From assembly GCA_963771275.1 (NCBI GenBank), contig CAVYSW010000010.1:576001-640000 (forward strand): 64,000 bases of DNA, in the 5' to 3' direction. The notes beneath the pieces are model-generated. The model was not told the origin of the DNA and did no database searches. It saw nothing but the letters and a program-made list of their open reading frames with translations. The position numbers and the translations under genes were made by a program. Source of the stretch: an uncultured Gemmatimonadales bacterium (GTDB lineage Bacteria; Gemmatimonadota; Gemmatimonadetes; Gemmatimonadales; GWC2-71-9). Positions 19,279-29,037 of the stretch are shown here, piece after piece; the stretch's first letter is position 1; each line of letters opens with the position of its first letter.

Positions 19279-21111
19279 CTAGTTCTGAAAGCGCCACTTC
19301 ACGCCGAACGTCTGAATCGACTGCGGGTAGGCAAAACCGGGGACGAATCCCTCGATCGAGCCAAACGCATTCTTGAGGGAGTAGAACGCGCTGAACTGCA
19401 CCAGCTCGATCTGGAGATAGGCCTCGGAGAGCGTCGCGGCAGGGAGCGGGATCGGGGCACCGTCGGCGTCGAGGCCGGCGGTGCCTGCGCTCCATGACTC
19501 GAGCGCGACCTGCGCCTTGAGATCGAAGGCGCCGCTGCGGAACGTGCGCCAGAACTTCGAGCGGAACGTGATGGCGCCGCGCAGATGGGTCGGCGGGTCG
19601 AACGCGGCTGCGGCACCGCTGACGGGATGCGCGAGCCAGCCGTTCACCGTCAACGGACCGAGCTGCACGGTGAGATCCCCGACCCCGTAGGTGGCGGCGG
19701 GCGAGGACGGCAGCGCGCCGATGCCCGCGAAGGTCGGCGAGGCGGGCTGGGCAAACGCGTCGCGTCGCTCGACACCGGCCTGGATCGCGATGCGGCGCGA
19801 CGCGAAGCCGGCCCGGGCGCCGAGGTCGGCGGTGGCCTGCGCGGTGTCGGCCGGGAGCCCCGGTGCCGTGACGGCGTCGGCCAGCGTGCCCTCCCCGACG
19901 AGTGAGAGACCGCGCCAGACCAGTCCCACGGCGGCGTGGCCGCGCAGCGAGCTGCGGCCGCCATCGTAACGCGTCCAGCTGGCGTCGGTGGACGCGACGA
20001 GCCAGGGCAGCGGCAGCCAGCCCGCGCGCAGCATCGCCGACGCCGGCGTATAGCGGTCGCCGATGCTCGCGAGCAGATCGGCCGTGGCGTACCGAGCCGC
20101 GGCACGCAGTCCCAGGAACACGCGATGGACGCTGCGGGTCCCGAGCACGGTGTCCGCGGTGCCCGAGTCCGCACGCCACGCCGTCGTCTGCAGGCCCGCT
20201 TCCACCGACAGCCCCTCGCGGTTGGGACGGCTGGAGGCCACCACGCGCACGAGCGCCTCCGTGCGGCTGTCCGCGCGCTGCGGGATGAACGGGCCGGCCG
20301 TGGTCTCCGTCGGGTCGCGCGAGAACGCGAGGCGGCTGAACTGCGCGGACGCCGCGAGCAGCGGAGACGGCGTCCACTCCGCCTTGGCCCGCAGGGTGAA
20401 CCACTCCGCGTTGCGGCGCGGCGTCAGCGATCCCTGCGTACCCAGGAAATCCGCCAGCAGATCGAGGCCGACCCCGCCGGCGGTCCGATACTGGAACAGC
20501 CCCGCATAGCCACCGGTCTTGAACGAGCCACTCACGATCCTGAGCAGCGACCGCGATCCGACCAGCGTGCTCCGCTCCGAGACGAGATACACGCGCAGCA
20601 GCCCGGGGAGTCGCTCGATCTCGACGCGGCCGATGCCGAACAGGGAGATCTGTCCGGGGTCGACGGTCGCCGAGTCGGCGCCCAGCGGCAGCAGCGGGAG
20701 ACCGTCCCAGTAGATCTCGATCCCGGCGGGGCCACGCCCGCCGTACATCGCCGCCGCCGGCTGGCCGACGAATCCCGTCCGCGCGACGTACACACCCGGC
20801 ACCTCGGTCAGCAGCTCGGCGAGCGTGTAGGCGCTGGTCCAGAGCACCGAATCGCGCGTGAAGGTGAGGCGACTCCCCGGCGGAAGCGGGCCGGGTGGGA
20901 CCTCGGGGGGGAGTGTCGGAACGAAGCCGGGGGCGGGCGGCTTTGCTTGCGTCGTATCGCCCTGGAGGGTATCAGCCCGGATGGTATCGGCCGGCGGAGG
21001 ATTCGGCGGCCGCGGGGGCGGGGGCGGCGGGTTTTGCGCGGCCGCGCCCACCGCCACGCTCAGCAGCACGACGGCGGTCAGGCAGATCGCGCCGGGGCGC
21101 GCGCCGCTCAC
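19279..21111 (-). CDS. Outer-membrane protein with TonB-receptor-like plug and C-terminal beta-barrel
   Basis: Signal peptide, Pro-rich linker, plug-like TLAELLTEVPGV...IYWDGLP...IGRVEI, amphipathic strands, terminal FGVKWRFQN. Confidence 0.7.
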   Translation of the reverse strand: MSGARPGAICLTAVVLLSVAVGAAAQNPPPPPPRPPNPPPADTIRADTLQGDTTQAKPPAPGFVPTLPPEVPPGPLPPGSRLTFTRDSVLWTSAYTLAELLTEVPGVYVARTGFVGQPAAAMYGGRGPAGIEIYWDGLPLLPLGADSATVDPGQISLFGIGRVEIERLPGLLRVYLVSERSTLVGSRSLLRIVSGSFKTGGYAGLFQYRTAGGVGLDLLADFLGTQGSLTPRRNAEWFTLRAKAEWTPSPLLAASAQFSRLAFSRDPTETTAGPFIPQRADSRTEALVRVVASSRPNREGLSVEAGLQTTAWRADSGTADTVLGTRSVHRVFLGLRAAARYATADLLASIGDRYTPASAMLRAGWLPLPWLVASTDASWTRYDGGRSSLRGHAAVGLVWRGLSLVGEGTLADAVTAPGLPADTAQATADLGARAGFASRRIAIQAGVERRDAFAQPASPTFAGIGALPSSPAATYGVGDLTVQLGPLTVNGWLAHPVSGAAAAFDPPTHLRGAITFRSKFWRTFRSGAFDLKAQVALESWSAGTAGLDADGAPIPLPAATLSEAYLQIELVQFSAFYSLKNAFGSIEGFVPGFAYPQSIQTFGVKWRFQN

Positions 21112-22598
21112 CCCCGCGCGCGCCCGAGCAGGAACTCGGTGAACAGGCGTACTCCGACGCCTGTCGGCCCTTTCGTGAGACCGGGGCGCTCGGTGTCGGT
21201 GTATGCCGTACCCGCGATGTCCAGGTGGGCCCACGGGAAGCCGTCCACGAACTCCCGCAGGAACCAGCCCGCGGTGATCGTCCCGCCGGTCCGGCCGCCG
21301 GAGTTCTTTACGTCGGCGACGTCCGACCTGATCTGCTCGCGGTACTCGTGCCACAACGGCAGCGGCCAGCAGCGCTCACCGGCGCGGTCGCCCGCGCGCT
21401 GGACCTCCTCGATCAGGTGATCGTCGTTGCCCATCAGGCCCGTGGCGTGGGTGCCGAGCCCCACGACGACGGCGCCGGTGAGGGTGGCGGCGTCGATCGT
21501 GCACGCGGGCTTGAAGCGGCGCGCGAACGACAACGCGTCGCAGAGGATCAGCCGGCCCTCCGCGTCCGTGTTGATGATCTCGATCGTCTTGCCGAGCTGA
21601 CTCCGGACCACGTCACCCGGCCTGGTCGCCGTGCCCGACGGCAGGTTCTCGGTGGACGGGATCAACCCCACGACGTTCACGGCGGGCTTGAGCTGGCCCA
21701 GGGCCTCGAACGTGCCGAGCACGGCCGCCGCGCCCGACATGTCGTACTTCATCTCCTCCATCTTCTCGGCCGGCTTGATCGAGATGCCACCCGAGTCGAA
21801 CGTGATGCCCTTGCCGACGAGGCACACCGGCGCCGCCCGCCCGGCGCCGCGGTATTCCAGGATCACGAACCGGGGCTCCTCCTGGCTGCCGCGTGCCACG
21901 GCGAGGAGCGCCCCCATGGCTTCCTTCTCCATGTGTGCGCGATCGAGCACGGTGATGCGGAACCCGTAGGCACGCCCCAGCTCCCGGGCGATCTCCGCGA
22001 GGTAGCTCGGCGTGCAGACGTTGCCCGGCAGCATCTGAAGGTTGCGGGCGAGCTTCTGCCCGACCGCGATCGCGTGGCCGGTCGTCCGGCCGCGCTCCAT
22101 GTCGGCGCGCACTTCCCGCGTTGCGATGACGTCGAACCGCGCCACCGCGCCCCGGTCCTCCCGCACGGCCTTCAGATCCACGAAGCGCCACGCCCCCTGC
22201 CCGGCCCCTTCGACCGCAACCTGCGCGATCGCCTCGGCCGGCACGCCGCAATGCGTCTCGTTCGCGACGTGGAACGCCACGGCGCGCGCGCCGAAGCCCG
22301 TGGCCCGGCGGGTGGCGATCGCGGCCGCGGTCCGGATCGAGGCGCGGGTGATCTCCGCGTGCTCGCCCAGCCCGACCAGCAGAATGCGGCTCGCTCCCTT
22401 CACCGGGTACACGAGCAGCGTCTGGTCGCGGTCCCCGGTGAAATCCCCGGCGGCCACGGCCCGGCGCAGCGCGCCACCGGCCTGGGCATCGAGGCCGAGG
22501 AGGGAATCGGGCAGCTTGTCGTGCAGCCTGCCCGTCGCGACGACGAGCAGGTCGGTCCCGGCCTGCTCGAGCGGGACGACCTTGACGGTGGTGCGCAC
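21108..22598 (-). CDS. pepA: Leucyl aminopeptidase (M17)
   Basis: GKGITFDSGG, MKYDMSGAA, NTDAEGRL and HLDIAG motifs. Confidence 0.95.
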   Translation of the reverse strand: MRTTVKVVPLEQAGTDLLVVATGRLHDKLPDSLLGLDAQAGGALRRAVAAGDFTGDRDQTLLVYPVKGASRILLVGLGEHAEITRASIRTAAAIATRRATGFGARAVAFHVANETHCGVPAEAIAQVAVEGAGQGAWRFVDLKAVREDRGAVARFDVIATREVRADMERGRTTGHAIAVGQKLARNLQMLPGNVCTPSYLAEIARELGRAYGFRITVLDRAHMEKEAMGALLAVARGSQEEPRFVILEYRGAGRAAPVCLVGKGITFDSGGISIKPAEKMEEMKYDMSGAAAVLGTFEALGQLKPAVNVVGLIPSTENLPSGTATRPGDVVRSQLGKTIEIINTDAEGRLILCDALSFARRFKPACTIDAATLTGAVVVGLGTHATGLMGNDDHLIEEVQRAGDRAGERCWPLPLWHEYREQIRSDVADVKNSGGRTGGTITAGWFLREFVDGFPWAHLDIAGTAYTDTERPGLTKGPTGVGVRLFTEFLLGRARG

Positions 22599-22606
22599 GC
22601 TGGGTC

Positions 22607-23818
<1,212 letters not shown>

Positions 23819-23860
23819 GGTATCCCGCCCGCTCCGGCTCGAGAGCGCGGAGCTGTGCCG

Positions 23861-24409
23861 TTAGTGCCAGGTGAGTCCAAGCGTGAACAGCAGGAGATAG
23901 CCGTTCTTGTTGGAGAAGAATTGGCTCTCGACCCGCTGGTACGCGAACTCCACGTTGGGCGAGAGGAAGAGGTTACCGCCGACCTGCAGGTCGTAGCCGA
24001 GCCCGCCCGACGCGCCGAAGCCGCCGTCCGTGTGGGAGATGGTGGTGCCGCCGGACGTCGACGACGACATCCACGTGGCGAAGCCGGCGCCGGCCTTGAC
24101 GAACAGGCCTTTGCGCATCGGGTAGAGCAGCACGGTCGCGTTCACGTTCGCCCGCGAGACCGTCGAGCCCTGGATCGAGCGTGCCCAGGCGCTGACCTCG
24201 CCGCCCAAGAGGACCGACTGGTTGAGCGTGCCGCCCAGGCCGAAATACGCCGCGCCACCGGCGCGGACCCCCTGGGCCTCACTCGACATGTTGGAGCCGC
24301 CACCGATCCCGAAACCGATCCAGAACCCCTCGTGCTTGCCCTCCCGTTGGGCGTGAGCGGGCATCGCAACGAGGCTGAGGACGGCGAGCGCGAGCAGCGC
24401 CGGGCGCAT
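23861..24409 (-). CDS. Small outer-membrane beta-barrel protein
   Basis: Signal peptide ending AHA|Q, alternating Gly/aromatic strands, terminal FTLGLTWH; start moved to ATG 24409. Confidence 0.8.
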   Translation of the reverse strand: MRPALLALAVLSLVAMPAHAQREGKHEGFWIGFGIGGGSNMSSEAQGVRAGGAAYFGLGGTLNQSVLLGGEVSAWARSIQGSTVSRANVNATVLLYPMRKGLFVKAGAGFATWMSSSTSGGTTISHTDGGFGASGGLGYDLQVGGNLFLSPNVEFAYQRVESQFFSNKNGYLLLFTLGLTWH

Positions 24410-24435
24410 GGCAGACTCCCTTCGGTGCGCAGGGC

Positions 24436-24936
24436 CTAGAGGAACACGCGGCCCCGTGTGTACGGCCAGTTTTCCCAGAGGCGCGAGTAATAGAACCGAT
24501 TGCGTCCTTGCGGGACCTTCCACCATGGGTGGTTCGGGTCCTGGCTCGGCGGCGTCACCTGCGTGTCCCCCGGCTTCACCGGACGCTCGCAGAACGGACA
24601 GCGGTACGTGGTTTCCCCGGGGCCCGCCCACCAGATGTACGGCGCCCGGGCGATCTCCGGCCAGGCGGCGCAGCCGTGCACCGACGGCAGCGCCCGGCCG
24701 GGGCGCTCCAGCACGCGCTGGTGGAAGCCGCAGAACCGGCAAGACCGATAGCGCTCGCCCCCGGGACCGACCCGCGGGCCGTAGAACCCCGTGCGGCCGC
24801 AGTCGGGGCAGATGCTCGGGTCGCGGCCCTCCGCGAACAGGGCGAAGCACTCCTCGTCCCACGCTTCCACGGTGTACTCCACGCCGTCCCGGGCGGGGAC
24901 GGTGGGGGTCGGGGTTCCCTCGGCGTCGGTTGGCAC
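24436..24936 (-). CDS. Hypothetical multi-CxxC (zinc-ribbon) protein
   Basis: CPDC, CRFC, HGC and CPFC; GTG 24936 lies 7 nt after TAGATT. Confidence 0.7.
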   Translation of the reverse strand: MPTDAEGTPTPTVPARDGVEYTVEAWDEECFALFAEGRDPSICPDCGRTGFYGPRVGPGGERYRSCRFCGFHQRVLERPGRALPSVHGCAAWPEIARAPYIWWAGPGETTYRCPFCERPVKPGDTQVTPPSQDPNHPWWKVPQGRNRFYYSRLWENWPYTRGRVFL

Positions 24937-25099
24937 GGGGTCAAATCTAAGCCGCGGTCGACGTTGTTGAAGCCCTGCCGTCGGGGTCCGGGCGGGCCCT
25001 GCAACCCTTTGCCCGATCCGCACATCTAATCGGACGATGGCACAGGAGAGCGAAACCGATGGGTTCGGGAGCCCGTTGGGAAGACACAGGGGGTCGAGC

Positions 25100-25345
25100 A
25101 TGACGGCAATGAGCGCGGCGATGAGGGGGAGCCCAGTCCATACGGGGCCCTGTCTGGCAGTGCCCCCGGCCCTGGTGGCCGCGGCGCGGCGGCTGAGCCT
25201 GGCGGCGGCGCCGCGCGGGAACGAGCCACGGGCGGCCTACTGCCTGCTGGACCAGCGCGGCCGCCACATTGGGCTGATCCCCGCGCCCGCGGGGCGGCCG
25301 GTCCTGGGCCCGGCGGCGCCGACTCTCTACCTCAAGCGGATCTAG
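25100..25345 (+). CDS. Small hypothetical protein
   Basis: Open frame with AGGGGG SD-like sequence upstream; no recognisable motif; start uncertain. Confidence 0.4.
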   Translation: MTAMSAAMRGSPVHTGPCLAVPPALVAAARRLSLAAAPRGNEPRAAYCLLDQRGRHIGLIPAPAGRPVLGPAAPTLYLKRI

Positions 25346-25492
25346 GAGCGGGGCGAGCCGGCCGGAACGAGGCCGTGTCCCTGGCGGGCGCGGCCTTCGT
25401 CGTTTCCGGCGCGGCGCGTCCATCAGGGTTCCCAGGTCCACGCGGTTCCCTTACCCTACGTGGTCACCAAGCCTCGTCTTCAGGGAGTCGCG

Positions 25493-26563
25493 ATGCAGGT
25501 CTTCGACACGGGATTCCTCGGCAACTCCGTGCGCCAATGGGCGATCGCCGTGGCGGTCCTGGTGGTCGTCACTCTCGTCCTGCGCCTCGGCGCCCGGGTG
25601 GTGGTGAGCCGTCTCTCGGCACTCGCGCGGCGGACGGCGACGGAGTGGGACGACATCGTCACGGCGGCGCTGGCCGAGACGAAGCTCCTGTTCCTGCTGA
25701 TCGTCGGGATCTACGCGGGCAGCCTCGTGCTGAACCTCTCCGAGCGGGCGCACGACGCGGTTCGCCAGGCGACGATCGTGGCGTTCCTGATCCAGGCCGG
25801 CCTGTGGCTCGGCGTGATCCTCACCCGCTGGCTCGAGTCCTACCGCAAGCGCGAGATGCAGGCGGATCCGGCCACCGCCACCACGGTGAGCGCGCTGGGA
25901 TTCGTGGGCAAGGCGCTGCTCTGGACCGCGGTCCTGCTCCTGGCGCTCGACAACCTCGGTGTCAACGTCACCACGCTCATCGCCGGTCTGGGCGTGGGCG
26001 GCATCGCCGTCGCGCTCGCGCTGCAGAACATCCTCGGTGACCTGTTCGCCTCGCTTTCGATCGTGCTCGACAAGCCGTTCGTGCTCGGGGACTTCCTGAT
26101 CATCGACGATCACCTCGGCAACGTCGAACACATCGGGCTCAAGACCACACGGCTGCGCAGCCTGGGGGGCGAGCAGCTGATCTTCTCGAACTCGGACCTC
26201 CTGAAGAGCCGGGTGCGGAACTTCGGGCGGATGTACCAGCGGCGCATCGTCTTCACGCTGGGGGTTACCTACCAGACCCCGCGTGCCCAGCTCGCGCTGA
26301 TCCCGGCGATGATCCGCGAGGCGGTCGAAGGGCAGGAGAAGACGCGGTTCGACCGCGCGCATTTCAAGGCGTACGGAGACTTCGCGCTCACCTTCGAGGC
26401 GGTCTACTACGTCACGGTGGCCGACTACAACACGTACATGGACATCCAGCAGGCGATCAACCTGCGGATCCACGAGCGGTTCGAGCAGGAGAAGATCGAG
26501 TTCGCCTACCCGACGCAGACGCTGTTCGTGGTGCGGCAGGAGGGGGCGGCGGCGAAGGTCTGA
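25493..26563 (+). CDS. Small-conductance mechanosensitive channel (MscS family)
   Basis: [31 protein letters not shown] and IEFAYPT motifs. Confidence 0.93.
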   Translation: MQVFDTGFLGNSVRQWAIAVAVLVVVTLVLRLGARVVVSRLSALARRTATEWDDIVTAALAETKLLFLLIVGIYAGSLVLNLSERAHDAVRQATIVAFLIQAGLWLGVILTRWLESYRKREMQADPATATTVSALGFVGKALLWTAVLLLALDNLGVNVTTLIAGLGVGGIAVALALQNILGDLFASLSIVLDKPFVLGDFLIIDDHLGNVEHIGLKTTRLRSLGGEQLIFSNSDLLKSRVRNFGRMYQRRIVFTLGVTYQTPRAQLALIPAMIREAVEGQEKTRFDRAHFKAYGDFALTFEAVYYVTVADYNTYMDIQQAINLRIHERFEQEKIEFAYPTQTLFVVRQEGAAAKV

Positions 26564-26613
26564 TGGGTGAGCCGGCTGGCGCAGGACCTTTCCCGGCGCT
26601 ACCGGCGAGCAAG

Positions 26614-26696
26614 TGCCCGAGGAGGGAGTCGAACCCACACGGCCTTGCGGCCACGGGATTTTGAGTCCCGCGTGTCTGCCATTCCACCACTCGGGC
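26614..26696 (-). tRNA. tRNA-Leu (anticodon CAA); CCA not encoded
   Basis: GCCCGAGTGGTGGAATGGCAGACACGCGGGACTCAAAATCCCGTGGCCGCAAGGCCGTGTGGGTTCGACTCCCTCCTCGGGCA; long variable arm. Confidence 0.96.
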
Positions 26697-26761
26697 TAAG
26701 GAGCGCAATATAGCCCTGGTGGTGAAGCGACGCGCACGCGGAACGCGCGGTGGACGCGCGC

Positions 26762-27259
26762 TTACGGATTCCGAATCCGTTCCTGGAGCCCGGGGCCTCC
26801 CATCCGGCGCCGAACGACCTGATCGATCTGTTGCTCCAGACGGGTGAACGCCAGGACGAACTGCGCCCGCTGCACCGGCGTCAGGAACTGGGCGAGCTCG
26901 CGCTGCTCGGCCCGCGCCTGGTCCACCTCTTCCCCCTGGATCTGGAGCAGCCGGTCGAGCAGGGCCGTCACGCTGTCCGGGTTGGCGGCGACACCGGGGC
27001 GCATCTGTGCCTCGAGCTCCTGCACCAAGGCGCGCTGGCGCTCTTGGATGGCGCGGCGACGCTCGAACGCGCCACGCACGACCGTCTGGACCTTGCCGTA
27101 CTGCTCGTCGGTGAGCCCCGCCTGCACGCGGTAGTTCTCGAGAAACCGCTGCACAACCATCCGACGGAGCTGTTCGGCGCCCGATCCGGGGCCCGCCTGA
27201 GCCCGGGCCACCGAGCCCAGGGCGAGAAGGCCGATGGCCAGCCATGCAGTGCGCATCAT
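26762..27259 (-). CDS. Periplasmic Spy/CpxP-like helical protein
   Basis: Signal peptide; LTDEQ and LTPVQ (LTxxQ) motifs; third gene of the ECF operon. Confidence 0.75.
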   Translation of the reverse strand: MMRTAWLAIGLLALGSVARAQAGPGSGAEQLRRMVVQRFLENYRVQAGLTDEQYGKVQTVVRGAFERRRAIQERQRALVQELEAQMRPGVAANPDSVTALLDRLLQIQGEEVDQARAEQRELAQFLTPVQRAQFVLAFTRLEQQIDQVVRRRMGGPGLQERIRNP

Positions 27260-27651
27260 CCCTCCATCAAGGCGAGCAGCTCCTGAAGCTGCGCCGCATC
27301 GAGATCGTCCAGGGTGGTGGCGAGCTGCGCCGAAGCCGGCGCCTCCCACGACAGCGAATCGAGCACCTCGGAAAGCTCCGGCTCGGAGAGCTCGTCGAGC
27401 ATGGGCGCCACGGCCACGGCCTGCGGGCTGACCTGCGGCGTCCGCTGGCGCATGACCACGACCGAGCCGCCGATCAGCACGACGAGCCCCGCCGCGAGCG
27501 CGAGCCAGCGCGCGACGGGGACGGGGCGCCGCACCGCCGGCTCGCTGCGCAGCCGGGCGACGACCCGGTCGGCCACGCGCTCGACGTCCAGCTCGCCCGC
27601 GGCCCGGCTCCCGAGCCGCGCGGCAATGCGCTCCAGTTGGCTGTCGTCCAT
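27256..27651 (-). CDS. Putative membrane-anchored anti-sigma factor
   Basis: Single TM (WLALAAGLVVLIGGSVVV), acidic C-terminus, directly after the ECF sigma. Confidence 0.7.
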   Translation of the reverse strand: MDDSQLERIAARLGSRAAGELDVERVADRVVARLRSEPAVRRPVPVARWLALAAGLVVLIGGSVVVMRQRTPQVSPQAVAVAPMLDELSEPELSEVLDSLSWEAPASAQLATTLDDLDAAQLQELLALMEG

Positions 27652-27669
27652 GTCCTCCTCGCTTCCCTT

Positions 27670-27705
27670 CTGCCGCCTCTGCCGCTCCTGCCGCCCCTGC
27701 CCCTA
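27670..27705. repeat. 9-mer tandem repeat (CTGCCGCNN)x4 containing the ECF sigma stop codon
   Basis: ctgccgcct ctgccgctc ctgccgccc ctgccccta; near-identical copy at 53040-53066. Confidence 0.75.
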
Positions 27706-28254
27706 CTTCTCCACCACCCGCTTCAGCCGTTTCACGGCATGATGGTAGTGCACCCGAGCCGCCCCCACCGACGTCCCCAGCGCTCGCGCGATGTCCTCGT
27801 ACGCGATCCCCTGCTGTGCCCGGAGCAGGAACACGTCCCGCTGCATCGGCGGCAGACGCTGCACCTCGGTCTGTACCCGGCCTTCCAGCTCCCGCAACTC
27901 CAGCTCGTCGTGCGGGCCGGCGTGTCGATCCTCCACCTCGCGGTCATCGAGCGCCAGCACGGGGCGGCGCGCCCGCCGCCGCCGCAGGTCCGTGAGCGCG
28001 TTCCCGGCAATGGTCAGGAGCCAGGTCCGGAACGTCGCTCCGGCGCGAAACTGGTCGAGGCTCCGGAACGCCCGGAAAAAGGCCTCCTGCGCCACGTCCT
28101 CCAGGTCCTCACCGGCCCCAGCCGCCGCCAGAAACCGCGCCACCGCCCCCGCGTGGCGCCTGACCAGCGCGGCCGCGGCAGCTTCATCCCCCGCGCGCCA
28201 CCGGGCAATCAGCTCAGCGTCCGCCAGCTGCGGATGCGCGTCGGGTGCGGTCAC
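27703..28254 (-). CDS. ECF RNA polymerase sigma factor
   Basis: Region 2 (EDVAQEAFFRAF, FRTWLLTIAGN) and region 4 (LPPMQRDVFLLR, YEDIARALG). Confidence 0.92.
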   Translation of the reverse strand: MTAPDAHPQLADAELIARWRAGDEAAAAALVRRHAGAVARFLAAAGAGEDLEDVAQEAFFRAFRSLDQFRAGATFRTWLLTIAGNALTDLRRRRARRPVLALDDREVEDRHAGPHDELELRELEGRVQTEVQRLPPMQRDVFLLRAQQGIAYEDIARALGTSVGAARVHYHHAVKRLKRVVEK

Positions 28255-28260
28255 AATGTC

Positions 28261-28287
28261 TCAGACGAAGTCACGGGGCGAAAGTTA
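28261..28287 (-). promoter_or_regulatory. ECF-type (sigmaE-like) promoter, likely autoregulatory and leaderless
   Basis: TAACTT - 16 nt - TCTGA, then 6 nt to the GTG start. Confidence 0.6.
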
Positions 28288-28295
28288 AGCCCGTG

Positions 28296-28365
28296 AGCCG
28301 TTTAGCCGATAACCGATAGCCGATGGCTGCCGCCAAGGACGGCTCTCGGCCATCGGTCATCGGCC
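28296..28365. repeat. Inverted (AGCCGAT)n heptamer arrays, copy A
   Basis: agccgat-aaccgat-agccgat (28304-28324) facing ctcggcc-atcggtc-atcggcc (28345-28365). Confidence 0.75.
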
Positions 28366-28392
28366 GGGGGGCTGGAGGTAGGGAGGGGCCCC

Positions 28393-28417
28393 TGTTACCT
28401 TCCCGAACGACCGTTCG
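28393..28417 (+). promoter_or_regulatory. Extended -10 box plus PaaR-type operator upstream of the paa cluster
   Basis: TGnTACCTT (28393-28401), then palindrome CGAACGACCGTTCG (28404-28417) fitting CNAACGNNCGTTNG. Confidence 0.75.
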
Positions 28418-28418
28418 C

Positions 28419-29024
28419 ATGCCCAGGACTTCCTTTGACGAGCGGCTCGACCGCCTGTTGACTGCCACAGCTCGCGTGTTCGCCGACAAGGGCTACCACG
28501 CGACCTCCATGCGAGATCTCTCCCGGGCATCCGGGCTGAGTCTCGCCGGGATGTATCACTACGTCTCGGGGAAGGAGGAGCTGTTGTACCTCATCCAGCG
28601 GGGCTGCTTCGAGCGGGTGGTGGCGGGCGCCGAGACGGCGATGGCGGACCAGAGGAAACCGGTCGACCGCCTGCGCGCCTTCATCCGGCATCATGTGACG
28701 TTCTTCGCCGCGCACATGAGCGAGATGAAGGTGCTGTCCCACGAGGCCGACAGCCTCACGGGCGAGCGCGGCGCCGAGATTCGGGGGCTGAAGCGCCGCT
28801 ACGCCAGCCTGCTGGGAGACGCCATCGCGGGGGCGAGCGACCGCGATCCACGACTCGCGGCGTTCGGCGTGTTCGGCATGATGAACTGGATCTACACGTG
28901 GTACCGGCCCGGAGGTCGGGTGACGCCGGAGCAGCTGGCCGACACGTTCACCGAGATCTTCCTCCACGGGGTCGTGGCCCCTGGCCCGGCGCGGCCGCCC
29001 GTGCGGGGCGGGCCCGTCGGATGA
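28419..29024 (+). CDS. paaR: TetR-family regulator, PaaR-like
   Basis: HTH (FADKGYHATSMRDLS...GMYHYVSGKEELL), GMMNWIYTWY; heads the paa cluster next to a PaaR-type operator. Confidence 0.8.
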   Translation: MPRTSFDERLDRLLTATARVFADKGYHATSMRDLSRASGLSLAGMYHYVSGKEELLYLIQRGCFERVVAGAETAMADQRKPVDRLRAFIRHHVTFFAAHMSEMKVLSHEADSLTGERGAEIRGLKRRYASLLGDAIAGASDRDPRLAAFGVFGMMNWIYTWYRPGGRVTPEQLADTFTEIFLHGVVAPGPARPPVRGGPVG

Positions 29025-29037
29025 GCGAGGGCGAGGC

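Noticed and set aside
17699..20404. 901-aa apparent fusion ORF ending in guanylate kinase
   Set aside because: The upstream part is an off-frame overlap of yicC and the OM protein; gmk starts at GTG 18343, overlapping the yicC stop
25041..25095. Resemblance to a c-di-GMP-I riboswitch (GCGAAACC...GGGAAGAC)
   Set aside because: No GNRA tetraloop, no GGGACGCAAAGC core and no receptor stem; kept only as an unassigned hairpin
26564..26696. tRNA-Leu as an integration site
   Set aside because: No integrase and no duplicated tRNA 3' end seen in the window; only an imperfect hairpin toward mscS
28251..28274. 7-codon uORF (GTG...TTG TGA) overlapping the ECF sigma start
   Set aside because: The same bases are better explained as the spacer and -10 of an ECF promoter; short ORFs like this arise by chance
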